Translations under genes and position numbers: made by a program
Assembly: GCA_964252035.1 (NCBI GenBank)
Contig: OZ176206.1
Reading direction: 5' to 3' (one strand)
Origin: Podarcis erhardii
Taxonomy: Eukaryota
Length of the DNA: 64,000 bases
The notes under the pieces: generated by a model
What the model saw: the letters and a program-made list of their open reading frames with translations, nothing else
Databases searched by the model: none
Told to the model about the DNA's origin: nothing
Shown: in pieces, positions 48,488 through 60,338 of the stretch
Layout: every line of letters starts with the position of its first letter
Numbering within the stretch: the first letter of the stretch is position 1

Positions 48488-50149
48488 ATTGCAGGGGAGG
48501 GATTGGACCAGATCCTGGTAGCTCTGCTTTGTGCAGACATTGTGCTTGCAATCTCAGTATGACAATTCATTAGCCCCTCTCAGGCTCTGTTTTCCAAAGC
48601 CAGACAGTCATCCTTTAATTCACTGATGGGATTTGGCTCACCTAGAATTCCCTTTTTTTCTCCTTCTTTGTGCTTAAATGCCTGTGTTATCCAACCAGCT
48701 TAGAGCTCCCATATTCCAAAGGGCATGCAATTACAATGCCTTTTAAATGGTAATGGGCCAGGATTGCCTCTGCTGTCCCCCCCCCACCTACCCCCAATGC
48801 TCAGTGTGTACATTTTCCTCAACACTTGCAGATTTATTAATTAAAAGCATCTTAGCGCAAGCCCGCCTCGCTTTCCTTCCGGGAGACTTCAAGGCTTAGT
48901 TGTTTTATTAACAACCTCAGATCAAAGTGGTTAATTTATATGCATGTAAATAACAAAATGCATGAAGTCTCTCAATGAGAGACCAAAGAGTCCGTTGATG
49001 CTTTTGTATAATGCATCATCTGTGGCTGGTGGGGAGCGCTTTCGAAGCGCACAGCCATGTTCAGGATCAATTAGTTAAATACATTGCCTTATCCAGGAAA
49101 AACACTTAGAGGAACATGAAGGCAATTTCGGAAGAATCAAATTTACATTTTTATTCTGTTCCTGCGCTGACATCGGCTGGTCCCCGTAGCTCGGATTTCT
49201 AGGGAAAGGCAGGTTCATCAGCTGCTGGCGGGCAAACTCTGGTAGTTCAAAGGTTCATTTCAAACGGAGGCAGGTTCAGATGTTGGTCTGAAATTTACCC
49301 AAAGCTTCCAGGTACTGCTTTCCCCTGGAGACACCTGGCTTTGGGCAGAGAGAACAGAATGCATGAGGAACCTTTTAATTAGAGCTGTGGTGTCACCACT
49401 TTCCCTTTTTTGCAGGGATCCAATGCAAATGTGAGATTGGCTTTGATCTCCAGCCCCAACCTTCTGCAGCTTCCGGTTCAGGTGGGGGCTGCCTGTGTCT
49501 GTGTGCAGACTCTGTCACAAAGCAGCACTTCAGACAGGCTGCCTCCACTCCTCTCTTTCCCTGGTACCCTTTTGTTCTCAACTGGCTTCAGCCAGTGTTT
49601 CTGCTTCACCTTCACAAGAAGAAGCTTCCCCTGTATTTTAGGGATGGGCTGAGCAACTGATTCATTCCGGTTTCAGTCTTGTTGGCATTCAATCTGACGT
49701 CCAGTTCGGCTGAACTGAATGCTTTTTGTGCTCACCTATTGCATCAAATGCTTTTTTTATGTAAAATATGAAATTTTCAATGAACTCACCATTGAAATAA
49801 TATCTCTTTTATGTTGAGGTAGTCCCACTTGTCTTTCTCCTCTGGCCTCACGAGAAGTGGCTTCAGCCCATCTTTCTGAGAAGTCCTCAACAGAAATAGC
49901 TTTTGTCTTTTTTCTCTCCTTCCCACTCACTTGAAGTAGCATCACCTCTATTTCTACTTCATCCTTAACTGAAGAAAAAGGGGACTAAACTTCCTGAGTG
50001 GGAAAGGAGACAAATGAGCTGATCTTAGTAATGGGGAAATGGTTGGCCTTAGCAAAGGAGGTTCAAGCAGAACAAGAGCAGAACTTGCTTTGGGAGGAAG
50101 CAAAGGGAGAAACAAAGGAACTGAGGCAAGAGTGGTGGCAAGAGACAAA

Positions 50150-51050
50150 GTTCCAGGCCTTACTGACAAATTAAAAACTGGCAAATCAACAAGCCCATTT
50201 TTTATAGCATTCAAATGTGAAACTGCTGTATCAGCCATTATACTGCACCCAAGGACTGGAAAGTGGCCAATGTATCACCATTTAAAAAAACAAACAGAAG
50301 GGATCCAGGAGGGATCCTGGAAATTACAGGCTGGTTATCTTAAGGTCTGTCCCAAGAAATCTGGTGGAAAGTATTGTTAAAGATAAAATAACAAAGCATA
50401 TAGAAAAACAAGCCTTGCTAAAAAATAACCAGCATGGCTTCTACAAATGTAAGTCCTATGTCACAAACCTATTGGAGTTATTGGAGAGTGGCAACAAATA
50501 TATAAACTGGGGTGATCTGGTTGACATAGTGTACTTGGGCTTTCAAAACGCTTTCCACAGGGTCCCTCTGTTGGGATTCACAGGATGCTGTGTAAGTAAG
50601 TCTGCAGGCTTCAGTTTGCAACAGGCTGATGCAATACTCTCTGTGGAATGACTCAGCAGTAATGTGATTGGCTGTCACCGGTTTAAAGGTAGAGCCTGTT
50701 CAACAGTAATGGTGGTGGTGTGGTGGAGTGGTGTAGATGAGTGTGGAGTCTTCTTTTGCCTCAAGGTGCAGGTACTCTGTCTGAATTGCTTCTGTAAATA
50801 TTTGTATATATATTTAGCTCACATTAAACAATACTGCACTAAAGAACCTGGGACTCTGAGCATTCTGCTAAAAGCGTCGCGAGGAATTCGTGACACCCTC
50901 TCCAAAGACTCCTGAGTAAGCTTAACAGTCACAGAATAAGTTGGTTAGGATCAGGAATTGGTTAAGTAGCAGGAAGCAGAGAGTAGGAATAAATGGACAG
51001 TTTTCCAAATGGAGAAATGGAGAAAGTTGAGTCCCCCAATGAGGGAACTC
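50150..51050 (+). mobile_element. CR1 RT-region fragment split by a solo LTR
   Basis: DWKVANV...GNY...IVKDKI...QHGF...TNL...VDIVYL.F..AF..VP, resuming IRNWLS.RKQRVGING. Confidence 0.85.
50569..50895 (+). mobile_element. Short solo LTR (327 bp)
   Basis: TGT...TGACA termini, perfect 5-bp TSD CCCTC, ATTAAA at about 50823. Confidence 0.85.
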
Positions 51051-51219
51051 TGCTGCCATGCACCACTCTCCAAAACCAAATCTGCTGCCACCTTTTTCTC
51101 CAAGCGTGGGGCTCTTCTTGCATGTGCAAATAGGAAGGAGCCACAGAGCTTGTGCAGAGCGCATGCTGTTAAAAGGAAAGCATAATCAGAGCACTTTTCC
51201 TTTCTGAAGGATTACTCAC

Positions 51220-51263
51220 CATAAACTGTGATGTCAGTGGTTGGTCCTAGATACCCCCAAACC
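51220..51263 (-). CDS. Candidate 44-nt coding exon
   Basis: Acceptor CCCTACTCTGCTCTTCAG|, donor ATG|GTGAGT; only open frame VWGYLGPTTDITVY. Confidence 0.35.
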
Positions 51264-52399
51264 CTGAAGAGCAGAGTAGGGACCAACTCTTGCATGGGGG
51301 GCTCCCCAGACTTTATCCTGTCTGTGACACAGGATTGCTTCTCTCCACAGGTTAGGGGGCACAATACTTGCCTTACCCTGGGCACTGGCAACTCACACTT
51401 TGCCACTGTCCTATATAAACAATATACAATAGAGGTTAGCCACTGTGAGAACGGGATGCTGGACTAGATGGGCCATTGGCCTGGTCCAACAGGACTCTTC
51501 TTATCTTCTTAACAAGACTGGACATTTATTAGTGAGGAAGAAGAAGGAAAGGGCTTGACGTCATGTTGGGAAAGGGCTGATCTCGCTTAGTGAGGAAGGC
51601 TGTACAAGTGTCCACCCACTGCATGCAAGTTGCTTTTTCCAGCTTTCTCTTTTCTCTTTTTTCCTTGGCTGTATGTGATCTCTTCTCCTGCAGAGTGTTT
51701 ATCTTTCTGATAAGGTATCTCATGAAGTGCCAAGTGCTCCTTCAACAAACACTGTCCAAATACACCTGACTCAACATGCTCTGCTCAACGGTCAGGAAAG
51801 AAAATCTCCTTTTGATCCCATCCATATAGAAAGCACAACCTCTTCGCATCTCGCCAAGCCTCCACTTTTAAAATAATGTTGCTGTCTGAACATCCTGCAG
51901 GGTTTGTGCAACTGTTGTTTAATCTGACATTTAAATGGATTTATGCATTCAGTGGGGTGGCATTAAAAATAAAATAGATTAAAATGGATTCTCCATAAAA
52001 GAAAAGAATTATGCCTATAAAACCGACAGAATGCTGGTGCCTGGTTGGGGGGGGGGGGAACAGGGCTTGAGGGGGGACACACAGCAGGCCATTGAGTGAG
52101 ATCTTCCAGCTAAAGGTATATTTTAAGCATAAATCCTGCAATGAAATAATATCCAATTAATATTCCCATTGACCTTTTTTGCTCCTGCCTGCGGTTAGAT
52201 TTTCTCTTCCACGAAGGGGGCTTGTATGTTTCAAGTGAGATTTGTGCCAGCAAGATGGGCCGCAGGCTCCAAGTCTGCTACACTCTTCTCGCCCACCACA
52301 GCTTTAGCTCATCGGGTGCTGCTCTCATGTGACAGCCAGTCTAAAAGCAGTCTCCTCCAGGAGCATTGGGAGAGTGCCTTTCACTCCCCTGAAGACTAC

Positions 52400-53284
52400 A
52401 TTATAGGGTGCCACAGGGGACTAGCTTATCTTCAGTGCTATCTAACATCTACATGAAGCCATTGGGAGTGGTCATTAGGAGTATCAGGACAAGGTGCCAT
52501 CAGTATGCTGATGACACTCAGCTCTGTTTGCCCTTAGCATCTGAATCAGAAGAGGACACACAGTCCTGGGCCATTGCCTGGGTGCAGTGGTGAAAAGGAT
52601 GTGGGGGGGAGCTGAGCTTGAATACTGGCAAGATGGAGGCAGTGGGGGGTGAATAGTTCCCACGTCTGAGAAATTGGTCAGTTGTTTACCATGGATAGGG
52701 TTGCACCAAAGGAGCAGGTTCACAGTGTGCAGATGCTTCTGGATTCAGCTCCGTCACTGGAGACTCAGGTACCCTCCATGGCTAGAATTGCCTTTTACCA
52801 ACTGGGACTGATTCGACAGCTATGCCCATTCCTGGAACAGGAGAGCCTTGCAACAGTAATTCATGTGTTACTTACTTCAAGACTGGATTACAGTGGTACC
52901 TCGGGTTAAGAACTTAATTCGTTCTGGTGGTCTGTTCTTAACCTGAAACTGTTCTTAACCTGAGGTTAAGCTAATGGGGCCTCCTGCTGCCGCTGTGCCA
53001 CCAGAGCACAATTTCTGTTCTCATCCTGAAGCAAAGTTCTTAACCCCAGGTACTATTTCTGGGTTAGCGGAGTTTGTAACCTGAAGCGTATGTAACCTGA
53101 AGTGTCTGTAACCCGAGGTACCACTGTACTGCAATGCGCTCTAACTGGGCTTCTCTGGTATTTGATCCAAAAGCTGTAGTTAAAGCACAATGCCGCAGCA
53201 TGATTACTGCTGAGAAGGAGACCTTGTCAGGATATAACACCTGGGCTCAGAGATCTGCACTGGTTGCTGTTCTGCTACCAAGAC
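52400..53284 (+). mobile_element. L2 LINE RT fragment
   Basis: VPQGTSLSSVL.NIYMKPLG...HQYADDTQL...SRLDY/CN...HWL. Confidence 0.85.
52891..53126. mobile_element. Tc1/mariner (Tigger-like) MITE in L2
   Basis: Same TIRs as 23337-23588, opposite orientation; the TA TSD splits the L2 DY/CN codons. Confidence 0.92.
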
Positions 53285-53299
53285 AGGATCAGGTTAGCC

Positions 53300-53685
53300 T
53301 GGAAGGCGTTTAAAGGATACTTTCAAAACCATATTGAAAAATCAGAACTCCTAAACAAGTTCCGTTTTAAATACTGGAATACTAAATAAGATGGATAACA
53401 ATGTGTAATAGAAAAAGAAGCATGAAATTAGGTTAAAGGTGTGTGAAAGAAAGTAATAGAAGTGGAAAGAAATTGCAATTGAGTAGATTGGAAGTCTATC
53501 ACAAAGGTGGGGTGAGGAGTGGTGGATGGTGATGGGAAAAGGAATTATCTGTGGGATTGAGTGTAGGTATGTTTGAACATTTTAAAGGATTGTATGAAAT
53601 GTATGTTTGTATGTTTGTATTTTTGCAATGTGTGTATTAATGCTGAATTATTTTAACAATAAAAACTTTTCAAAAAAAAAAAAAA
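53300..53685 (+). mobile_element. Short L1-type 3' end with poly(A)
   Basis: WKAFKGYF... ORF2 terminus, AATAAA, ~15-nt poly(A), 15-bp flanking direct repeat AGGATCAGGTTAGCC. Confidence 0.8.
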
Positions 53686-53930
53686 AGGATCAGGTTAGCC
53701 AGTTTGATTCGAATACTGTTGGCGGGTTCTTGTTGTCTTGTTGGGCTGTGTATGTAATAAAAGGTAACCATGTTGGGGTGAAGGCGTCTTCTTCTATTTG
53801 TCCCCGTGTCGGTTTCAGTTTGTTGGTTACTTTTTCTAATAAGGCTGTTTCCCATACTATTTGATACCATTGGTCTGTGCTTACTCCCAACAGGTGTCTC
53901 CAGTGTCTGGCTATGATGCTTCTGCACTCT
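53686..53930 (-). mobile_element. ORF2 C-terminal fragment of a different L1 family
   Basis: RSIIARHWR...DQWYQIVWETALLEK...TWLPFITY...WLT*. Confidence 0.75.
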
Positions 53931-54238
53931 ATTATCTTTTGTAAACCACTTTGAGGCTTTTTACAATCAAGTGCCATATAAATTCTATAAAATAAATAAA
54001 TATCCTATGTAAAGTTTTTTAGCCATTCCGCCCTTGCTGGGGGCCCTGATCCAGCACTCAGTGGCCTTGATCTCAGTATCAATTATCACCAGGACTTCTT
54101 GATGCAGATGCAGCTGTGCTTGTGGCTCTTGGAGCTCAGCAGAAGAACATATGTGGCTCACTCAGGTGAAATGGAGGGCAAGAGATCAGGGCTTTTCTCC
54201 ACAAAGTACATGTTACTTTGTACACACTCTGGGATATA

Positions 54239-54411
54239 CAGTCATACCTTGGTTTTCGAACAACTTAGTTCCAGAACGTTTTGGCTCCCGAAAGCCGCAA
54301 ACCCAGAAGTGATTGTTACAGTTTGAGAACTATTTTTGAAACGTTTCCGAACGTCTTGGAAGTCGAACGGACTTCCGGTACGGATTCTGTTTGACATCCA
54401 AGGTACGATTA
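54239..54411. mobile_element. Tc1/mariner MITE
   Basis: CAGTCATACCTTGG / CCAAGGTACGATTA with TA on both sides. Confidence 0.75.
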
Positions 54412-55137
54412 TACTGTCTTCCTTGATATTTTTAGCTAATCGTTAGTGCTGGAAATAGGTACCAGGGAAAGCCCTGAGTCAAATTAAGCCATGGCTTCCT
54501 TGCTTGTTTCAGCTGCCAGATGACCAGATACCCAATTTCTATGCAGGAATGTGTTTGCTAATATCCCCCATCCCAAGACCCCGAAGCTACAATAAGAAAA
54601 TTAGTTCTCATTTTAGTTCATCATCTTTTTTTCTCTCTTTTCTTGTTTGCAGACCCAGGGGACTTCCAACCTTAATGCAAATTCCCCTTTGTCAATTGTA
54701 GCGCTGGTCTATTTTCTCTGCCCTTTCATTTTAAATCAGCTCTTGCAAAGTGCGCTGAAAGAATTTAAATTAGACAGGACCATGAGCGGAATAATGTGGG
54801 CCTCTGTTGTCGTACATTGTAAATCATTTTATTATTTAAATTTTTAAGTTTAACAGGAAAATTAAATACAGAAGACAAAAGAGAAATTCAATTGTTCGAA
54901 AGACGTTTTTCTTTGAGGAAAACCCCATAAATCATACGTAAACGGACACATACAGTCACACATATACCAGGGCTTCATTGTCTTCAGGCAAATAGATTTA
55001 ATTCTGGTGCCATTTTAATTTCAGAAACTGGTACAAAATTGTGAAGGGTTGAGAGATCACGAGGGACAAAACAGAGAGCAGGAGGTAACTTTCAGCAATT
55101 AATACATTAGATTTCTGGAAATAAGTCTAATGTCAAG

Positions 55138-55295
55138 CAGTGGCGTAGCGTGGGGGGTGCAGGGGGGGCCGGCCGCACCGGGTGCAACATCTGGGGTTAG
55201 GGCAAATCCACGGGTTAGGGGGCGCAAATCCACGGGTTAGGGGGCGCAAATTATTTGCCTTGCCCCGGGTGCTGACAACCCACGCTACGCCACTG
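55138..55295. mobile_element. Young hAT MITE with telomere-like internal repeats
   Basis: Perfect 17-bp TIR CAGTGGCGTAGCGTGGG, perfect TSD ATGTCAAG, CpGs intact. Confidence 0.93.
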
Positions 55296-56594
55296 ATGTC
55301 AAGTCAAGGTGAGGGGTTTATTTTGAGCTGGGGATCTTCAAGACCTTTTTTAAATGGCAGGCCTTGTCTGTTGCATATTTGAAATAACTCTGAAACATTT
55401 ATGTTATTATATCATTGGTACAAACATCACACGAGGGCTCATTCCATGTTCCAGCCAGCTTGGAATAGGGGTCCTGTAAAACTGTTTGGAGCTTGCAGAG
55501 GACACTCATCCTGAAGCCTCAAACCTCTATATTATTTAGTGCTAAAGGGCATAGCTATCAGCCCTAAATCAGAGTTTTTTACTGTAGCAATAGGAACATA
55601 AGAAGCTGCCTTATACTGAGTCAGACCATTGTTCAGCACTGTCTACTCTGACTAGCAATAGCTACCGGTATTTAGAATTTCAGAGAGGGGGTCTCCCCGA
55701 GCCCTGCCTGGAGATTGAGCCTGGGTCCTTCTGCACTCAGTGCAGATGTTGTACTACTGAGAGATCCTGCCTTTCCTCAATAGGAGGGGAATATAGCAGG
55801 AAATACTATAAATACCCATAGGTTTCAGCTAGCCGCATTCATCCATTATTTGTATGCCACTTTTCCACACAAACAAAAATCATTCTCAAAGTAGCTTACA
55901 ACAAAGGAAACAGGAAAGTATTTCAAAGTCAACACTACAAAACAATTTCATAATAACATGGTAAAGCAATAACTCCGTTCCCTCTGCATTTCCATTTCCC
56001 GTTTAATCTCAGTGGATATTCTGTGTTTCAGCTGTCCAGCTTGCATTTTTTCTCTCTCCCAGAATAGAAGTGATGCCTGCCCATAGAAAACAAGGGGGAA
56101 AGCCAGGGTTTACACAAGGCTGTTACTAGGGAGCAGCATGTTCCACTTCCCCCACCCATAGCTGGGTTTTTTGTTTTTAAATTAAGTTTTACAAATCAAT
56201 AAGAAAACAAACCACAAACAGCAAAAAAAAAAAAAAAAAAAACCACACGCAATATGGATGGCAACACACAGACAGAGCAATCTTATGAATCTAAAAAGAA
56301 GAGTAGACAAATTCATGGAAGATACAGAAACTCAGTGGTTACTAACCCTGGTGGATACTTTGCACCCAAGACCTTTCCCTGGTCTTTCCCTGAGATAAAC
56401 GTGTTTCTGCTCCACCATCAGAGCTCAGCCATTGGGAAAATCAGGGCTGCTGTGGGGACAGGGAGGGGAAATCTGATATCAACTATCCTTCTCTGAGATT
56501 AGGGCCCTGGGATTCTCTTCCAGAGCCATAGGTGGCATGGAACATGGGAAGATGTGGGCAACCAAGAGGATCAAGGATCCGGAAGCAAAGCCTT

Positions 56595-56990
56595 AGGATG
56601 AATGCTTGATGGAGCTGGATACGTTCAGCCTGGAAAAGAGAAGAGTGAGAGATTATATGAGAGTCATCTTCAACTGTCTAAAGGGTTGTCACATGGAAGA
56701 GGGAGCAGGCTTGTTTTCTTCTGCTCCAGAGGCTGAAACCTGAACCAATGGATTCAAGTTACAAGAAAGGAGATTCCAACTGAACATCAGGAAGAACTTA
56801 CAGATGGTAAGAGCTTTTTGAAGTGGAACACACAGCATTGGAAAGTGGTGAACTGTCCTTCACTGGAAGTTTTCTAACAGAGGTTGTGTGGCCACCTGTC
56901 CAGGACTCTTTAGGTGTGATTCCTGCATTGCAGGAGAGTGCACTTAGATGACCCTTTCAGTCCCTTCTAACATTACAATTCTGTGATTCT
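56595..56990 (+). mobile_element. CR1 3' fragment
   Basis: GTTCAGCCTGGAAAAGAGAAG...GGGTTGTCACATGGAAGAGGGAGCAGGCTTG...ATTCTGTGATTCT. Confidence 0.85.
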
Positions 56991-58351
56991 GTTTCATATT
57001 CAAGTCCTTCAGATGATGGATCACCATTTTTACATGTTGTCCTTCTGCAGCTGCTGGGCTTAGGACAAGGTTGGCAGCTCTTTGGGGGAAATAGTTCAGT
57101 AAAGCACTCTTGTACCATCTGGGTTGGGGTGGAGTCCTCTTTTCCAGGGCTGGAGCCAGGAGTGGTTCTCAGAAGGAGTTTTGTGGATTTGAGTGGGTGA
57201 AGTCTAGCCCAAAAGCTGTCTATTCACCAGAGGTGCACAGATTTGTTTATTTTGCAATTGAACAGCCTCACCACTCACGCTGCTGGCAAGGGCTTGCAAA
57301 GCAGGCTGGGATATAGATGGATAGATGTGGATATTTCTGCTTGGTTGGTTGGCAACCATAGCATCATATGGGTTAAAATCCACATTTAAAAATACAACTC
57401 TGGAATACATTCATCAAGTCTCTGTGGCTACCTGCCCAGTTTCTCTGGATAGGTAAGTCAATGCAACCCATCAACCATCTGTTCTAATTGGACATTCTGC
57501 CTACAGAGGCATTATAAATATGCAAAGAATGTGGAGGGGGGAAAGCAACCCCCTGATGGATTATCTGGATAACAATAGTTTTAATTTTTCATTTGTTTGT
57601 GTGATTTGTAGCAGTGAATAAAGTATTGGGGTGACATCTGGAAGAACTGAATTGAGACAGATGAAACTCTTCAAACAAAACCAGCCCGTCTGAGGCATTG
57701 CATCGCCTTTGTATGCATCTTCTCTGTGGCTCTGACTGAAGCATTTCCATTATTTCCTGCTGCCTTTTGCAGGATTCAGGGTAGGTAGAAAGAGATGCTA
57801 GGATCTTCGCCTTCCTCAGGTTGCACAACACTGGCGGCAATCTACATTTTCAGCTACTGCATTCGATAGATGACCACTGAAGGACACAGTATCCTGATAG
57901 ATTCCCTTACACAAGCCCCATTGAAATAAGCAAGAGGTGGGCAGGGTTACTGCAAATTGCCACTCTTTTTACTGGGGGGGGGGAGAGAATCCAAATAAGG
58001 ATGTGCTTTTAAGTTTTAGCAGAGGAAACAGAAGGAGAAGTAATTCCTAATATGCCTATAATCACACTTCAAAAAAAGAATCCCAGGTGGACAGCCCTGT
58101 TCTAGTCTGCTGCAGTGAAATCAATGAAGCATTTTGCAGGGTGCCTGAAAAACTAACAGATTTTATTATGGCATAAACTTCATCAAACAGAAGCAAAAGT
58201 GAATTTACATGATGCCACCCCAATCTTTGAGCGATGAGAGACTCCAGGGCTTCCAGGAACTAATTATTATTATTATTTATTTATTTATTTATACCCCACC
58301 AACATCATCATCATCATCATCATCAAGCAATAAAACATCAAACATTAAAAA

Positions 58352-59480
58352 CTTATCCAGGATCCGTTTCCCTGGAACGAAGGTCAATGGAGACAGTGGT
58401 ATCTTTAGGATATATGGTTTTAATTACACATCTCTACAACCTGAGCATTGTGGGGATGTTTAGGATAATAGGCAAGGAAATATTTGTTAAGTATTATCCT
58501 TCCTTCACTCACACAAGTGAGTGATGTAGCAGAGCAAATCCCCTCTATATTCACGGAAGCTAGTTGACAGATTCGTTTGACTCTCTACAAAATGACTAAT
58601 CCAATCTGGTTTGCCCAGATGGATTATCTCTGGTGTCCCCTTTTCTCCCTCTTAAAATACAATAAAGACTCACGAGTCTGTCTTTAAAAGCATAACAATA
58701 AGTTTACTCACAAGTTGTTCACAGTACGCATCCTAGAAGGCAGGCTTTAAGCTTCTGGTTACAAAGATATAACGTGGCTTACATCCTTTGTGAGGATGGG
58801 CCCAAGAGCTGCTGGCTGAGAGCCAGCAGACAACAAAATGGATGAGACTTAACTGAGAGTTGAATCGAACAGAACCAAAATGGCTGCGTGACACTGCTTT
58901 TATAGTGTCACACTCATCTGCTGAGTCACTTACAGCAGGAACAGAAAGTTGCATCCACTCTAGGAAGTAAAGCATGTTGTAATTGACTGTACTGATGTAA
59001 CACATCCCACAAGCATATGATGGAAGAGCTCACAGCCCTAACACCCTAACTGATCTTGCTTCTCCATTAGTCACAGCTTTGGATTCAGCACAGAGCAAGC
59101 ATGTCTCAGAGTGTCCAGCTCCCAGCCTGCTTCTAGCTGAGCTCTCACACACCACTCTGGCTATTGTTCTCTTACCTAGCAGCTAGGGGAGGGGAGGAGG
59201 CCTGCCTATTTATTCTATGGCACAGAGCAACTTCTTTGGTTATGCAAAGCAGGATGCTTAAACTAGTCAGTCACAACCATTGCCTAGCCCTAGACAAAGG
59301 GACTGGTTTGGCATGCTTGCTCTCACAAACTCTACCCCAACAGACACAGGATCCCAAGAATTGGAAGGAACTCAAGGCAACATTACACACACACACACAA
59401 CCAACCCAAAAACTCACAACTGTAATATTAAGCTCCATTTCTTGGGTTGAACTGTTTATAGCTCACTGTAACCATAGCAA
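58352..59480 (-). repeat. Family D repeat interrupted by a family C LTR
   Basis: 58352-58445 and 59040-59330 match the reverse complement of 2090-2175 and 1776-2070. Confidence 0.6.
58525..59011. mobile_element. LTR-like repeat (family C)
   Basis: TGTAGCAGAG...CCCACA termini; homologous to 24469-24995. Confidence 0.6.
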
Positions 59481-59997
59481 CACTATCAACACCAGCCTGC
59501 TTCTTGCAGGCCAGCCCTGCAGTGTTTGCCCGCTGTGACTTGGCACCCTTCTAGAAAAGGGGTGTCTCAGTTGCTCTGCAACTCCTCTTGCTAATGAAGT
59601 GAAGCCTCTGGACATTTTGCCCTCCAGTTGTTAATTGGAGCCACAGCAACTGGCAGTCAGTGTCAGCTAGAAGCAACAGCAGTGTTTAAGCCAATGCAGT
59701 AAAATGTATTTGTTATGACTAATTAGATATATAATGTATTTCTACACACACTCCAACCTCCAAATGGCAAGAGATTTTAGGGGTTCCAGTGCACCTCCAT
59801 GGTTCAGTTTCCTTGGAATGAAGGTCAGTGGAAGATGTCTTTAGTTTAGGGTATGTGGTTTTATTTACACATCCATGCAACCTAAGCATAGGATTTAAAG
59901 GCTCACCCCATTAACACTCCAGCTGCCCGTGCTTCTCAATTAGGTTTCCCAATAAGATTCCCAAGTTACAGTTTTGGGCTCGATGAAGAGCAGACAT

Positions 59998-60338
59998 CAG
60001 GGCCGCCTTTAGCATATGCAGCACCAGGGTGCAAAGATCCACCCAGCGCCCCCCAATTTTTAGGGAGGCCAGGTCAAGGTTGTTGAGCTTTTTTTACAGG
60101 GGCAGCTCAAAGTTGTTGAACTTTTAAGGAGAGGAGCAGCAGAAACTGCTAACATGAAAAAAATTAAAAGTGGCAGTGATAACTCGGTCTTTCCGTTTTT
60201 GCGATCATGTGAAAATGAAAGACACCAGTAGCAGGCGCCACCAGATACGTTGATTCTGCAGCTCTTCTGCAAACGAGAACAGAAATGACCCATTGACTGC
60301 AATCACACCTCTTGCACCCCCGGGTAAAGACGGCCCTG
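59998..60338. mobile_element. Non-autonomous hAT element
   Basis: TIRs CAGGGCCGCCTTTA / TAAAGACGGCCCTG with perfect TSD GCAGACAT. Confidence 0.9.
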
